A stretch of DNA of 53,349 nt, taken from assembly GCA_905250055.1 (NCBI GenBank), contig CAJNOF010000392.1, positions 49,031 through 102,379 on the forward strand. Reading direction: 5' to 3'. This DNA comes from Rotaria sp. (taxonomy: Eukaryota). The position numbers and the translations under genes were made by a program. This document shows positions 39,967 through 51,184 of this stretch, piece after piece; within the stretch, counting starts at the first letter, position 1; each line of letters opens with the position of its first letter. The notes beneath the pieces were generated by a model that ran no database searches, was not told the origin of the DNA, and worked only from the letters and a program-made list of their open reading frames with translations.

Positions 39967-40361
39967 TGTTAAAGTAATATAATTGTCTTTGGAGTATGAC
40001 AACAAGAATGAAAGAGGCTCGATAGATATACATACAGATATACATCTGTTCGTATTTCCCTTCATTGTTAGCACAATATCAAACGCTGTTTTTATCCAAC
40101 GCAATATGTTTTGCTTATTATCGTTCGTAAGTGAAAAGAAGAAAGGCGAGTGACTACGCCATTTTTCTTTCAGCGGGACGCATATAACGAATAAGTTAAT
40201 GTTTCTTTACTAAATCGAAAAATTCGATAATACTATATGGTTCATTGGTGGCGGATTAATTTGCAGATAGTTAGACGTGAATTAAATTATTTGTTGCTTC
40301 TCTTCTTCGACCTCAAGCAGAATCAAATCGTATATTGTTTATCTTGAATAGGAAAAAGAGG

Positions 40362-40565
40362 GTGTGAGTGTGGTCACCGATGAGTTGATGTGAATGGAGT
40401 CAGTGAAGAACCACACTCACACTCACACCCACCCATACTCCACACGCCTGCATCCACACGCACACCCTCAAGTACATATTGGATCATACATTCGAAACGG
40501 CTTGAAGTGGGGTGTGGATGGGTGTAACAGGATATTCATACCGACACCCACACCCACACCATCGT
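40362..40565. repeat. Two adjacent degenerate telomeric-repeat palindromes (gggtgtgagtgtgg...ccacactcacactcacacccaccc and gtggggtgtggatgggtg...cgacacccacacccacacc).
   Basis: Direct reading. ORF 40394-40600 (HTHTHTHP...) is a translation artefact of these repeats. Confidence 0.7.
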
Positions 40566-40984
40566 TGCTGAATAATATTGGAGCTACGATTGTTAGATAA
40601 AAGATAAATGCGGGTATTTTTTTTGACAATGCTGTACTCCACTTTATTTTGCTATTTTTATTCGACGCAAGGAGTTGCTTCCTATGTTATTGTGATTTAG
40701 GCAAAGGGTTCAGTTATATGGGAGAAATTCAATATTTAAATTTTAAGAGAAGGAAACCAATTCAAAGCATTGCTAACTTTTCTTTCTGTAGCATTTATTT
40801 TTATATCAGGCAAAGAGGGGAATAAAGACTGTGTGCATGCAAGTCATCATCAATTTGGTCTTCACAATGGTCATCCTTTGCGTTTCAGCCATAAAAAAAT
40901 GTGGCTTTCCTATTCACACAGACATTGCTGTAACACAACTTTGCTAAGTCATTGTTTACACCAAATTTATCTACTACATGCTTT

Positions 40985-41045
40985 ACTTCTGGGTGTGGAT
41001 GTGAGAGAATAAGCCTCACACCCCACACCCGCACCCTCCTCAGCA
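40985..41045. repeat. Telomeric-repeat palindrome (ctgggtgtggatgtgagag...cctcacaccccacacccgcaccc).
   Basis: Direct reading. Confidence 0.6.
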
Positions 41046-42184
41046 TCATGATCAATCACATACTTGGTGGCGAACAAAGTGAACTCGGCATAGACGCATA
41101 AATGCGAGAACGAGAAATAGTCAAACAAGTACATCTCGGAGCGTTATTATGGCTGTAAAATCTTGTTTGATTCAAACGTTTCTTTTATTCAACTCTGCCG
41201 TATGTTTTGTTGTTCTTTCATGTTGTATTTTCAACTAGCATGAAAGACTATATCGATCTATCTATACCACTCAGCGATTTGACATTGTGTTATCCAATAA
41301 TAGTATGTGAAATGATTTTCAAAACCTGTCTATATTATGTTTTTTAGTATTTGATTTTACAGTTATTGAAAATGTGAGTTTCAACAGCTTTTTTTACATG
41401 ATGCTATATAGAAAAGGCAATTACGTATAGAAATGAGTATCTAGTAGACTTTGTCGCAATATAACTAAGTCGTCTATAATGATGATAATGGAAAATAGCC
41501 GTCTATCGGCGTTCTACAGTAAAATAGAACATATCTAAGAAAATGTTCATTCGTAGCCCCCATAGACCTACAGTTACAAAAATTACCGATAAAAGGTGAA
41601 AGTTTTTCTTACAGAGAACAAAATTTTCCATCTTACTGAGATTTTCATGCTCATTCTAAATAATTGATTTATATTGGAGGGTTGTTTAAATGAAAAATGA
41701 CGTTGCCGATGTTTATCACTTACTGGTTTAGTTGAATAGAAATAGTATAAATTGTGACGTTTTGCAACGGTAAGAAAAAGTGTTTGTTTAGAAAAGACTA
41801 TTTTATGTTTTGAACAGTCTCTTCATAATTACGTATAACCTCACCTGCAGACCATCCTTTTCAAGAAAGACGAATGCCATATATTTTTTTAAGCTTTTTG
41901 AAACAGCTGCATATATTTATTAACAATTTTTCTCTTACCTAAGCGAAGTGGGAATTAAGACGCACTTCTAATCAATTCCGTCAATATCTGAAGATTGTAT
42001 TCTGACGAAAGAAGAAAAATAAAGCACTATGATTTTCATTTGGATTCAATATGATTCATCTCGTATGCCTTGCATCAGCATTACTGCCTATCGAGATCAG
42101 AAGAAAAAATTTCTTCGTTGGATTTCACAATAGATTTAAAAATTTTTTTTTCTATTCATGCTAGAAGCTAGGACACCCATGTAA

Positions 42185-42335
42185 ATATTTTTTGCCTCAA
42201 AACGCGTCTGAAACGCGTTTCATTTGCGTGCGAAACGCTAAGAGTGAACGCGTTTGAACGCTTCCCCAGTGAAACAAACGAAGCGTTTAAACGCGATTTA
42301 TTTTAGAAACGCGTGTGAATGCGCTTCTAGCTTGA
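42185..42335. repeat. Array of the palindromic motif (G)AAACGCGTT(TC) / ACGCGT, block 1.
   Basis: gaaacgcgtctgaaacgcgtttcatttgcgtgcgaaacgctaagagtgaacgcgtttgaacgc...aaacgcgatt...gaaacgcgtgtgaatgcgc. The block is CpG-rich in an otherwise AT-rich context. Confidence 0.6.
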
Positions 42336-43129
42336 CTTGAAAATTTTGAAAAAAATATGATAATCCATTTCAGATTCGAACTGAGTTGCCACCATCAATA
42401 TTTTTTGATGGTCTTAGTCTTCCCTGGCAAATGGATTAGATTTTACCTTAAGTGACGACGATCAGATTTGAACAGATGAACCAGTGATTAGAAGTCGTTC
42501 ATACATACCGCTGAGTTATACTAACTCGAAATCTTGTCTTATTCAAAACAAAATATATTTGAAGACGAATTTCATCGGTTAAATACTTTATTTTAACAAG
42601 ATGTATTTTTTTCGAATTCAAGAGTCTTAACACGTAAGATGACTTTTTAGTTATTTTTTTAAATAAGTTTTTTATTTTTTTAATAAAATAACATCTTTTT
42701 TTTATCATCTACTACACATAAAAAATATTACGATCTTTTTTATTGCACTGGTAATATGATAAATAATTTTATCGAAAAATTTAATGAATAGATAATTATT
42801 GACAACCAATTTAGTAGAAATATATGATGAAAAGTTACTAATAATATTGTTTAAATAGTAGTATTTAACAATATTCTGAAAGGGCATTGCATTGCTGGAA
42901 ACTATTACAATATTATCTAACTATTTTTCTTACAAACTTTAGAGAAATATGGACTGTTCACCGTATGTTTAATTGAATTTTGCCTATTTTAACGTCATCT
43001 CGACATTCTTTATTAGAAGTCTAATGAAGTTTAGATGAATAAAATATATGTAAGCTGATGATTTTGATTATGCAGTTAACTCTTCTAGAGCAGCAATTTT
43101 TGGGTAAAATCGCGCCCGATACACAAAAA

Positions 43130-43660
43130 ATAAACACTTTCAAAGGCACTCGAAAATATGATTGCGTCGTAACACGAGCGAAAAACATATTTAAGACACG
43201 TTTGAACGCAGTTCGTAAACAAAATTTTTTAAACGCATTAAATTTTTTTCAGAAACGTGTCGAAACGCGGTTCATTTTTTTCTGATTGCGTTTAAACGCC
43301 TTGTATAGAAAACCTGCGTCCAGACGCGTTTCAAAATTTTTTCTAACTGCGTCTCAACGCTTCTCATATTACACCATGTTTGAACGCGTTCAGTCAAACT
43401 CTTATTAAACACGTACAAACGCGATTTCAATATGAAACGCGTTGAAACGCAGTTCATAGTTTTTTTACAATTGCGTTTCAACACGTTGCGTACAAAAACT
43501 GCGTTCAGACGCGTTTCAAAAGTTTTCTAACTGCGTCTCAACGCGTTTCATATTAAAAATGCATTTGAATGCGTTGTGAAACCGTTTTTAACTGCGTCTA
43601 GACGCGTTTTGTTGTGAAACCGCGTTTCAACGCATCGATCTTGCGTTTCGTGATTACATG
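43130..43660. repeat. Array of the same ACGCGT-centred palindromic motif, block 2. It has about 20 motif copies, and an approximately 187-bp higher-order unit is repeated at least twice.
   Basis: 43305 (cctgcgtccagacgcgtttcaaaattttttctaactgcgtctcaacgcttctcatatta) is near-identical to 43492 (actgcgttcagacgcgtttcaaaagttttctaactgcgtctcaacgcgtttcatatta). There are many copies of (t/c)gaaacgc(g/a)tt and its complement with 15-25-bp spacers. Confidence 0.65.
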
Positions 43661-43794
43661 GGCAGAATCCGTTTTGTTTTTTTTATCGTTAACAGAAGTA
43701 ATTCTATATTTCATTGAACATAGTAATTGTGAGTAATTCATTACTGTACAATATCGAGTTTTTGTTATATACAAAGAACTGTCACAACGTTTAG

Positions 43795-43860
43795 GTTGAA
43801 GGTGGGGTGTGAATACGAGTGTGGGTATGAGTTTAGTTTTTCTCCTAATCCCCAATCATA
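43795..43860. repeat. Degenerate telomeric-repeat palindrome (ggtggggtgtgaatacgagtgtgggtatgag...ctcctaatccccaatcataccccg).
   Basis: Direct reading. Confidence 0.5.
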
Positions 43861-44833
43861 CCCCGAAGAAAAGAAAAGTCTACCCGCTAATATACATTAT
43901 TATTCAACTATTGACAATAGAAGTTTGATAAAAATTGTTTACTTTTTGTATGTTTACGTGCATATGTATGTATTTATTATGATAGCAGATGTATGTGATC
44001 AAAATTCTAATTACATATACGTAGATGCGAACGATTTTCGAAATACGATTCATATATTTCGAACTAAAAAAATAATATTACTAAATGTAGGATGATGTGT
44101 TCTTGGTTTCGTTGTATATTTTACACCAGTGGCTGAATACAAGACCTAAAAAGTGTTTCAATTAATCGGATCTTTCCATTAGAAAGCATGAACATGCTTC
44201 TTAGTTCACAAAATCAAATCTCTGACTTTTTTTCGACAAAATCGCTCTTGAAACTACCTAGATCGGTAGATTTCAACTCGGTTAGTATTTGAACACTATT
44301 TTCAATAGATTATGACAACATATTACGGATCATTTTGCTTCTTCTTAGTATTCGTATTTTTCTGATTTTTACATGATATCTACTCACTCATGGTTTTCGA
44401 AGCATGAGAAAAATCATATTATGTTGAGTAGCTGGTCAAATCAATTAATAATAGAAAGTAGTATTGATTGCGAGCATGCCATGAAAATTTAGTGATATTT
44501 TGTGGAGAACCATGACCATTATGCAATACTATTAGAGCACACCAGACATGGATTTACTGTAGACATATTGACCGCACATTGTTTTGTATATTTTTTCAAT
44601 CAAATAATACTGTTTTTATTCATAATTTAAGCAAAGGCAAGTCTATAAGTTACAAATGTTACGTCAAATAATGAGATATGAAAACAAACGGAAACATCAT
44701 TTTCAAAAAGTATTAAATCGTTTGACGATCATTGTTGACTTCATACTCATCCAATGTTCATAATTATTAACCGTATCAACCCTAAGTAAGAGGCTATGTG
44801 ACTCCGCCGTTACAATGTCATTAAAATAACATA

Positions 44834-45240
44834 TTACCCTATGGTTGACTGGAATACACGTCTATCTTGGAAAAAAAATCCGTAATGACCTTCGCCAATT
44901 GGCCATTGTATATTTGCAGCGGCACATCGTGGAAAAGTTTTCGAGCGACGTTGCCATTCCCGAGCTATTAAATCAATACCGGCTATGTTTTGCCAGAACG
45001 TATATGAGGCGAATTCACCCCATATTGTTCTTGATCGCCATTTAGTGTAAGCTATTGCATGCGTACAAAAATGTATACCCCGACAGAATTGAAATAAACC
45101 GTCATCAGAATATCGAATGTTAGTTTGATTTTCCACATATATTGGTCCGCATGTGCCAAGATATAGAATGCCATCATCTTTTGCCATGTTTAGGCCTTGT
45201 TCGATGATTCCTATCAAAAAGAGGACATTCATCGTATGTG
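44834..45240 (-). CDS. GC-richer ORF of unknown function: ...MNVLFLIGIIEQGLNMAKDDGILYLGTCGPIYVENQTNIRYSDDGLFQFCRGIHFCTHAIAYTKWRSRTIWGEFASY...*. It is possibly the 3' exon of the GT25-like glycosyltransferase gene upstream on the same strand.
   Basis: A 133-codon ORF. The motif CTHAIAYTKWRS resembles the G-T-x-A-Y segment that follows the DxD region in GT-A fold transferases. A phase-compatible acceptor (caatagag|CG) lies at about 45241-45248 and matches the phase-1 donor of the upstream exon at 47137. Confidence 0.35.
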
Positions 45241-47136
45241 ATCGCTCTATTGTTCAACAAACGAGAGCTTTATTCGAAATACAAGCTTTGAGTTAGATGA
45301 AAAGATTTTTAGAAAAAAGTAACATCTAGATCTGTTAAATCAACTTCTTCACAAACTGTGTATTGATCTACCAAACTCATCAGAACTCTTCTACATTTGG
45401 GTCGAATGATAATTGAAACATTAATATGAAGGTAGAATACAGAACATGACGAATATAACTATATTAATGGCATATAGTACTTTCTGAAATTATTCAACAA
45501 GCAAGAAGAGTTTGGGTTTTGTTTATATTTCAAAAGATAGATAAGCTAGGATAGTGTGCTTTTTATCATATCATAGTATATAATCTTTAGTATATTACTG
45601 CAAAATATCAAGTCGATTCATGTACTGATCAAGATTCTATTCAGGATGTAATCAAAGTATACCTTTTTCAATCTTCCAAAATGATCACGAAAAGTTGTTT
45701 GTGCGAACTTTTTTGTGCTAATTTTAATATAGAATTTGGTTTCACAGCATACCACTCGAAAGAGCTAATGGCGTTCTATACGATGATTATATTGCTCCAT
45801 AGCTTCCTCCGAAGAAGCTCTAATATTTAGCTTATTCGTTGTGCTACATATATGATTTGAAATAAAATAAAAAATTATATCAAATACACTAGTCGAATAA
45901 ATCTTTCATGTTAGAAATTGTGTTATTGGACCTTCAAATCAACGTCTGGCGCACACGGACACAAGATTCATTGTATTGTTTAATTGTTTACTTATCGAGG
46001 ATGATATTACAATTTTCAAGAGCGCATATAAATTTCTTTGCATCTAATATCTCAGTTGATCAACTAAAGTCTACGGATTTTGCAGAGCAAAAGGTTCTCT
46101 AGAAACTTCGTATCTGTTTCATTTTAACTTTAGATGATATTTAGTGAATGAAAAATGGTTGATAATGCGTATCAAGATATGTCATTTCTTTGGTAGAACA
46201 ACATTGAAATCTATAGCATTTCTCTTGGATAAGTTTCACTAGAATGACGTTAATTGGATACCCAACAGAAATATTTAATGATGTTCATGGTGTTAGCAGA
46301 GCGACCTGAAATTTCGTTGATCCTATAACTCCAAAAAAAATTTAATACTTGCTACAAAAAGCTTTAACAGTTTTTTTTTTTTTTTTTCATACACAATGGT
46401 CATTAGTCTATACAATGCAACACAGCTTTTACCTATGATTAAATTTATTTATTTCGATTTTCTTTTTACTAAAGTGTACAATGGCTGTATGGTTCACTCC
46501 TAAAATAAAAATCATGAGTTATGATATGAAGACAACCAGATTTTAAAGCTCATTTAGCTATAAGAAAAAAACACAAAATTCAATTTTCTTGTTGGATAAT
46601 TATGACAGTCATTGCCACTACGATCTTTGACTTAAATGTTGTTGAGAACAATGATACAAATCTGAAATTTTTGGCGCTTATTCTTTGTGAATATCTACAA
46701 TATATGGATGCGACCCATGTTCTTGACTAAAGAGTTTCTACGTGATTGAGAACAGACGTCTTCTTCAGAGATTTATATGTTGTTATTGTCTTCATTAGCA
46801 ATTATACTTGTCTATCAAGAAACTCAAACGAACTGTTACCAGAAACCGAAATTGAACCGAATAGAATCAAAACTTATTTTATAAAAAGCAATAATCTATG
46901 AATGTTTGGAAATTGATCAGAGATATTGATCAAAGACCAAAATTGAACGGAATTACAATGGTTTGGTTCGAATTCGGTTATTACATTGAACAGATAGCGA
47001 ATCATTGATTAGCAACCCAGCTGATTAATCTAATACATGATACGTAAGATGGTTAGCGTCACAGTATGAGGCTATGTAGGCGTGAACAATAATAACTACG
47101 TTCACATTCATGGAAATGAACAAGATTGTAACATAC

Positions 47137-47719
47137 CTCTTATTGAGTGACGTGGATCAGTATAATTCCATTTTACAAAAATCCAACCATAAGCTCCCTC
47201 GATGGCTTTAATATGGACTATGTTGACATCATCTTCAAACAGAAATATCCAGTCATTGTCTGCTAGTTCGGAATTTGGTTTTGCTCCTATCTCCTTCCAT
47301 AAGTCAACATAAGTAAGTAAAAGTGATGAAAATCCGATGGGACCGTGAACATTGATTCGTGAATCGTTGTATAATACAGGATGTTTTATTTGAATGTTAA
47401 AATAGTTTGGTAATGTAGTATTCAAGTTTGTTCTTGTGAAATTAAAACGTTTAGTCGCTGAAGATATGATAAATGCTAGGTATGGTGGACCAGAAGCGTT
47501 TCTGGTCTGTACTGAGCTCGAATTATGCAGATCAAATACTTTGCAATCGTTAAAATTGTTTTGCAGATTTGCAAAGATAGCAACAGTAATACAAATTATA
47601 CCCAGGATAATAATTCCATAAAAAAAATGGAAAAATCTATTCGAGTTGTTACTGTTCGTGACATTGAAAATCATACCATGAATATTGTCAATTAAAGCCG
47701 ATCTTTGGACAAAAGACAT
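47137..47719 (-). CDS. Type II membrane glycosyltransferase, GT25-like (LPS/LOS glycosyltransferase / procollagen galactosyltransferase family). This 5' exon ends at the donor AG|gtatgt (47131-47136).
   Basis: MSFVQRS... has a short cytosolic tail, then a TM anchor FFHFFYGIIILGIICITVAIFANL, then a luminal domain with GPIGFSSLLLTYVDLWKEIGAKPNSELADNDWIFLFEDDVNIV. This matches the G-C-x-L-S-H-x-x-W-K / ...-F-E-D-D motifs of family 25. The exon is GC-richer than the background. Confidence 0.5.
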
Positions 47720-50589
47720 CTAAAAGAGACAAGAAATGGGACGTTTGTGTGACCAAAAATTTTCTTTACTGACTAGTGAGAACTGAGAACTATATACCAT
47801 TATTAACTGCTAACTTTTAATACTCATATATTATTGAAGATTTATTGAGAATTAACAAAAGAAAGTTGTTCTATTACACGCGTTGCAATTACTTAAGACA
47901 TCATGCATAGTTTTCCAAAGTAGAGTACTTTATGAAGAATCTACGCAGTAAATTCATCAGCTCTTGAAATAGGTGTCAGCCACAAATACTCAAATGCTCT
48001 TCAAATCTACTGATACTTACCGTACTCATAGAATTCGGCGAGTACTACCAACTGTAAAAATCTTACGCCTTAATATGTTTCCTTCAGAAGACATGTAACT
48101 AGAAAATTCAGTAGGGTTTCGCTCATAGCCTTGTAGTGCTAAACTTAACGAGATCTTTTCCTAATTATTTGCTCAATACATTAGAATAAGAGCTCTACTT
48201 TAAATTTTTCATTAATTTGTGAATAGCTTCTGTTAAATCAGTGATCAGCAGGATCTAGGGATCTAGAAATGGCACATATTCATAAAGAAATGAAGCAGCT
48301 TTACAAAATGATGAATCTCAAATGGATACGAGATCGCGGTCTAGCTACTATTTTTCTTCGCAATGTCAGTGTAGTCGAAGCTTGAATTCATCTACGTCGA
48401 AATGTGCTACCAATGACGATCATAGTTGCCTTTACCGTCGTAAAAGTTAGTCATTTAGCAGTATATTGACTTCTCCGTGATGAAGATGTGATTTATGATT
48501 TTACCGTCGGTCAAATCAACAACTATATCGATTCTGGCGTCAAGAAACTTGGAAGAAGGATTAGTTGTATACCTCTTATGCAACGTATTGCGGACTGCTT
48601 TAAAAATCATTTGAAAGTATGTTTTCATTGAAACTTGAAAAGATTCACTTATAAAAAAAATATGTTACAGGATCAGAGAATTTCTTTATAAGAGTCGATT
48701 GCTGACTTAAGAAAAAAATGCAGCACAGTGGAACCGACTGGACTTGTTTAAAATTTAAGCAATTCTAACATCGGATTTTGATTGTCATCTCAAACAGACA
48801 TCATGTTGCTTTTAGCTTTAACAAAAGAAAAAAAAATGCAATTTTGAGCGTCACGAAAGCATTATCGTATCTAAGCAAATATCAAACTTTTTTCAGATAC
48901 AGTACAAGTAAAACGGTTACTTGCTCTTAGTTTTGACTGTTAACCTTGTTGTGGGCCCACAGTATCATTATGTAGATCTGAATATCGACAGAAGTTGTAA
49001 ATGTAGTGAATTATTAGATATTTTATAGACTTTTTCGTTGCTCATATTGGAGAAGATTTATGATACGTAGCATAGAACGCTGATAGAGAATGTGGAAAAT
49101 GGAATCTGTTTCGAACGTAGATATAGTTAGCCGCACCTTACATGCTCATGAATGCTGAAAGACATTGAGAATGCAAAAATCTGAAGCGTTTGAACCGGAT
49201 GATTGATGATAGAATTCTATAATTTCTTAAGAGGCATAATTTCTATCGTTTTTCGTGTAGTTTGTTTCGACACAATTTAGATTGTTATCAGCATATTAAA
49301 TTACAATGGAGTTAATTAAATCAACAGATAATCGATGAAATTCTAATGCGCACTTACCTAATCGAAAAAATTGTAATAAGAAATAGATGAAGGTAGATCG
49401 CTTACTAATAAAAGTGTGCAGAAATTTACCTGTGTAAATTGTGACTGGCTACGCTGCTTCTTGCATCAGTTGTTACAATGCATACTTTTTTTGAAGCTTC
49501 GTTCTTCTCTTTCTTTTCGTTCTCCTTTTATGTCAACAGAAAAAAAATGATTAATATATGGTTTCGTCTGAAAGAAAAGAAAAAAAATCTGAGTATGTGG
49601 AAATGAGTGGTGTGCGTGCAGATAAGGGTTCAATGAGCATTATGAGTGTTACTTTATTCTTTCTTTACCGAATAGAGTTCAGTTAAATTTCTTTGTTTGC
49701 AATAGAAGTTGATGTAATGAAACTCAAGGACATTGAACATATTCGAGTTAAATTAAAAGTCTCACTACCAAACTAACGAATCAAAAATATGCCGTGCTTA
49801 TGGCGTATCTGAACTGAAATATTTGAATTTTTAAATACTAATTGTCAATGTTCGATGTGCACAATGCAACGTTATTGAAGACTTTGATTGTTGTTATTTT
49901 TCATCATTTTTAATTGAAGTTCATCAAGTGGCATAAGAAAAAAGTCATGCGTCAAATTCACGAAGAAAATATTACGAAGAAAGTCGAAGATCCTATTATT
50001 TTGAAATAAATACGAAAATACACCGAAACTCTTGAGTTTCGTAAATTTCTTCAGTGAAACATGCATAGACAGTCAGTCTTCGAAAATTTGAATATTTAAG
50101 TTTCGGTACGCCATATGCATGTCACATTTTAAATCTGTTAGTTTAGCAGTGAAATCTTCAATTTAACCGGAATAGTGGTACAGCAGTGACTTTTATGAAA
50201 AAGGTAGCAGTTCCAATTTTCACCTCATATGAATTATAATCAATTGAAGATACGAAGTTATCGTTGCATTAAGCCTAGCTTTTTGTGGGAAGTAAGGACT
50301 TCATAATGTTTCATAAAAGCCTTATGCGATGGATGTAGTTTCAGTGACAGGTGAAATACAGGATTTTGAGAAAAAAATTGGGAATTCTAATTCCTCGACT
50401 GACCCTAACGGTAACTTGCGCTTTTCCCTATTTTGCGACACAATTGGTTCTGCACAGTCTGATCAGTTCTACTTTTAATCCCACATAAAACTTTTCATAA
50501 AAGTTCGTGAAAAGAATGTTATTTTCACAATATAGGTCCGTTGTAATCGGAAAATTGACTTAAGAAATTTATTGTTACCAACTATGGAT

Positions 50590-50665
50590 AATCATAACAG
50601 GCATCTACTAAAAGGGTGTGGATGTTTACAGACAAGGAAGCCCCCACATCACCACCCACATCCTC
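50590..50665. repeat. Short telomeric-repeat palindrome (aaagggtgtggatg...cccccacatcaccacccacatcctcagcatccatgg).
   Basis: Direct reading. Confidence 0.55.
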
Positions 50666-50805
50666 AGCATCCATGGTAGCTTGAGAAGCAGTCGAGGACT
50701 AGTCTTGGATCCACATGCAATTTTACCATCCAAAGAAGCTTCAAATACTCTCTTGATACCGATAAACGCTGCAGAAGTTGTTGTATTCTAGTCTCTGGTT
50801 TACAT

Positions 50806-51066
50806 GTGTGTTTGGGTGTGGGTGTGGGTTGGGTGAGGGTGTGGGTGTGGGTGTGGGTGGGGTGTGGGTGTGGGTGTCGGGTGGTGTGGGTGTGGGTGCG
50901 GGTATGTGGCTGTAGATCCTCTCTTCATTCCTTCCACACCCACACCCACACCCACACCCACACCCACATCCACACCCACACCCACACCCACCCCACACCC
51001 ACCCACACCCACACCCCACACCCACACCCACCTACACCCATACCCACACCCACCCACACCCTCAAA
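50806..51066. repeat. Large head-to-head telomeric-repeat palindrome. About 130 bp of (TGTGGG)n-like G-strand repeats is followed by a 20-bp spacer, then about 120 bp of (CCCACA)n C-strand repeats.
   Basis: gtgtgtttgggtgtgggtgtgggttgggtgagggtgtgggtgtgggtgtgggtggggtgtgggtgtgggtgtcgggtggtgtgggtgtgggtgcgggtatgtggctgtagatcctctcttcattccttccacacccacacccacacccacacccacacccacatccacacccacacccacacccaccccacacccacccacacccacaccccacacccacacccacctacacccatacccacacccacccacaccctcaaaccc. ORFs 50741-51135 and 50806-51175 are repeat-translation artefacts. Confidence 0.9.
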
Positions 51067-51184
51067 CCCGAACCCTTTCGATCCGAATGAAACAAAGAAA
51101 TGGCAACGATACTCGGATTTTGAAAATGAATACATCGAAGAATCGTTTCAACGAAAAGAGCACGAAGTACATTGAAGCGAGTAT

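Noticed and set aside
40394-40600. ORF MESVKNHTHTHTHPYSTRLHPHAHPQ...
   Set aside because: Pure translation of telomeric-repeat palindrome sequence ((CACACC)n gives HTHT/PTPT). It is not a gene.
40770-41012. ORF MLTFLSVAFIFISGKEGNKDCVHASHHQ... between two telomeric hairpins
   Set aside because: It has a signal-peptide-like start, but the remainder is His/Leu-rich with no domain. It ends inside a telomeric palindrome, so it is more likely spurious than a secreted peptide. I keep it only as a very weak possibility.
42499-42887. Minus-strand ORFs with K/I/F-rich low-complexity protein
   Set aside because: The region is extremely AT-rich and the ORFs reflect AT codon bias (AAA/ATT/TTT). There is no splice or start context.
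50741-51175. Four overlapping ORFs (both strands) with GVGVGCGCG / PTPTPTP / HTHTHT composition
   Set aside because: They are translations of the (TGTGGG)n/(CCCACA)n block. Only the last about 30 codons of 50864-51175 (DPNETKKWQRYSDFENEYIEESFQRKEHEVH) look protein-like, and I discuss those as a finding rather than a feature.
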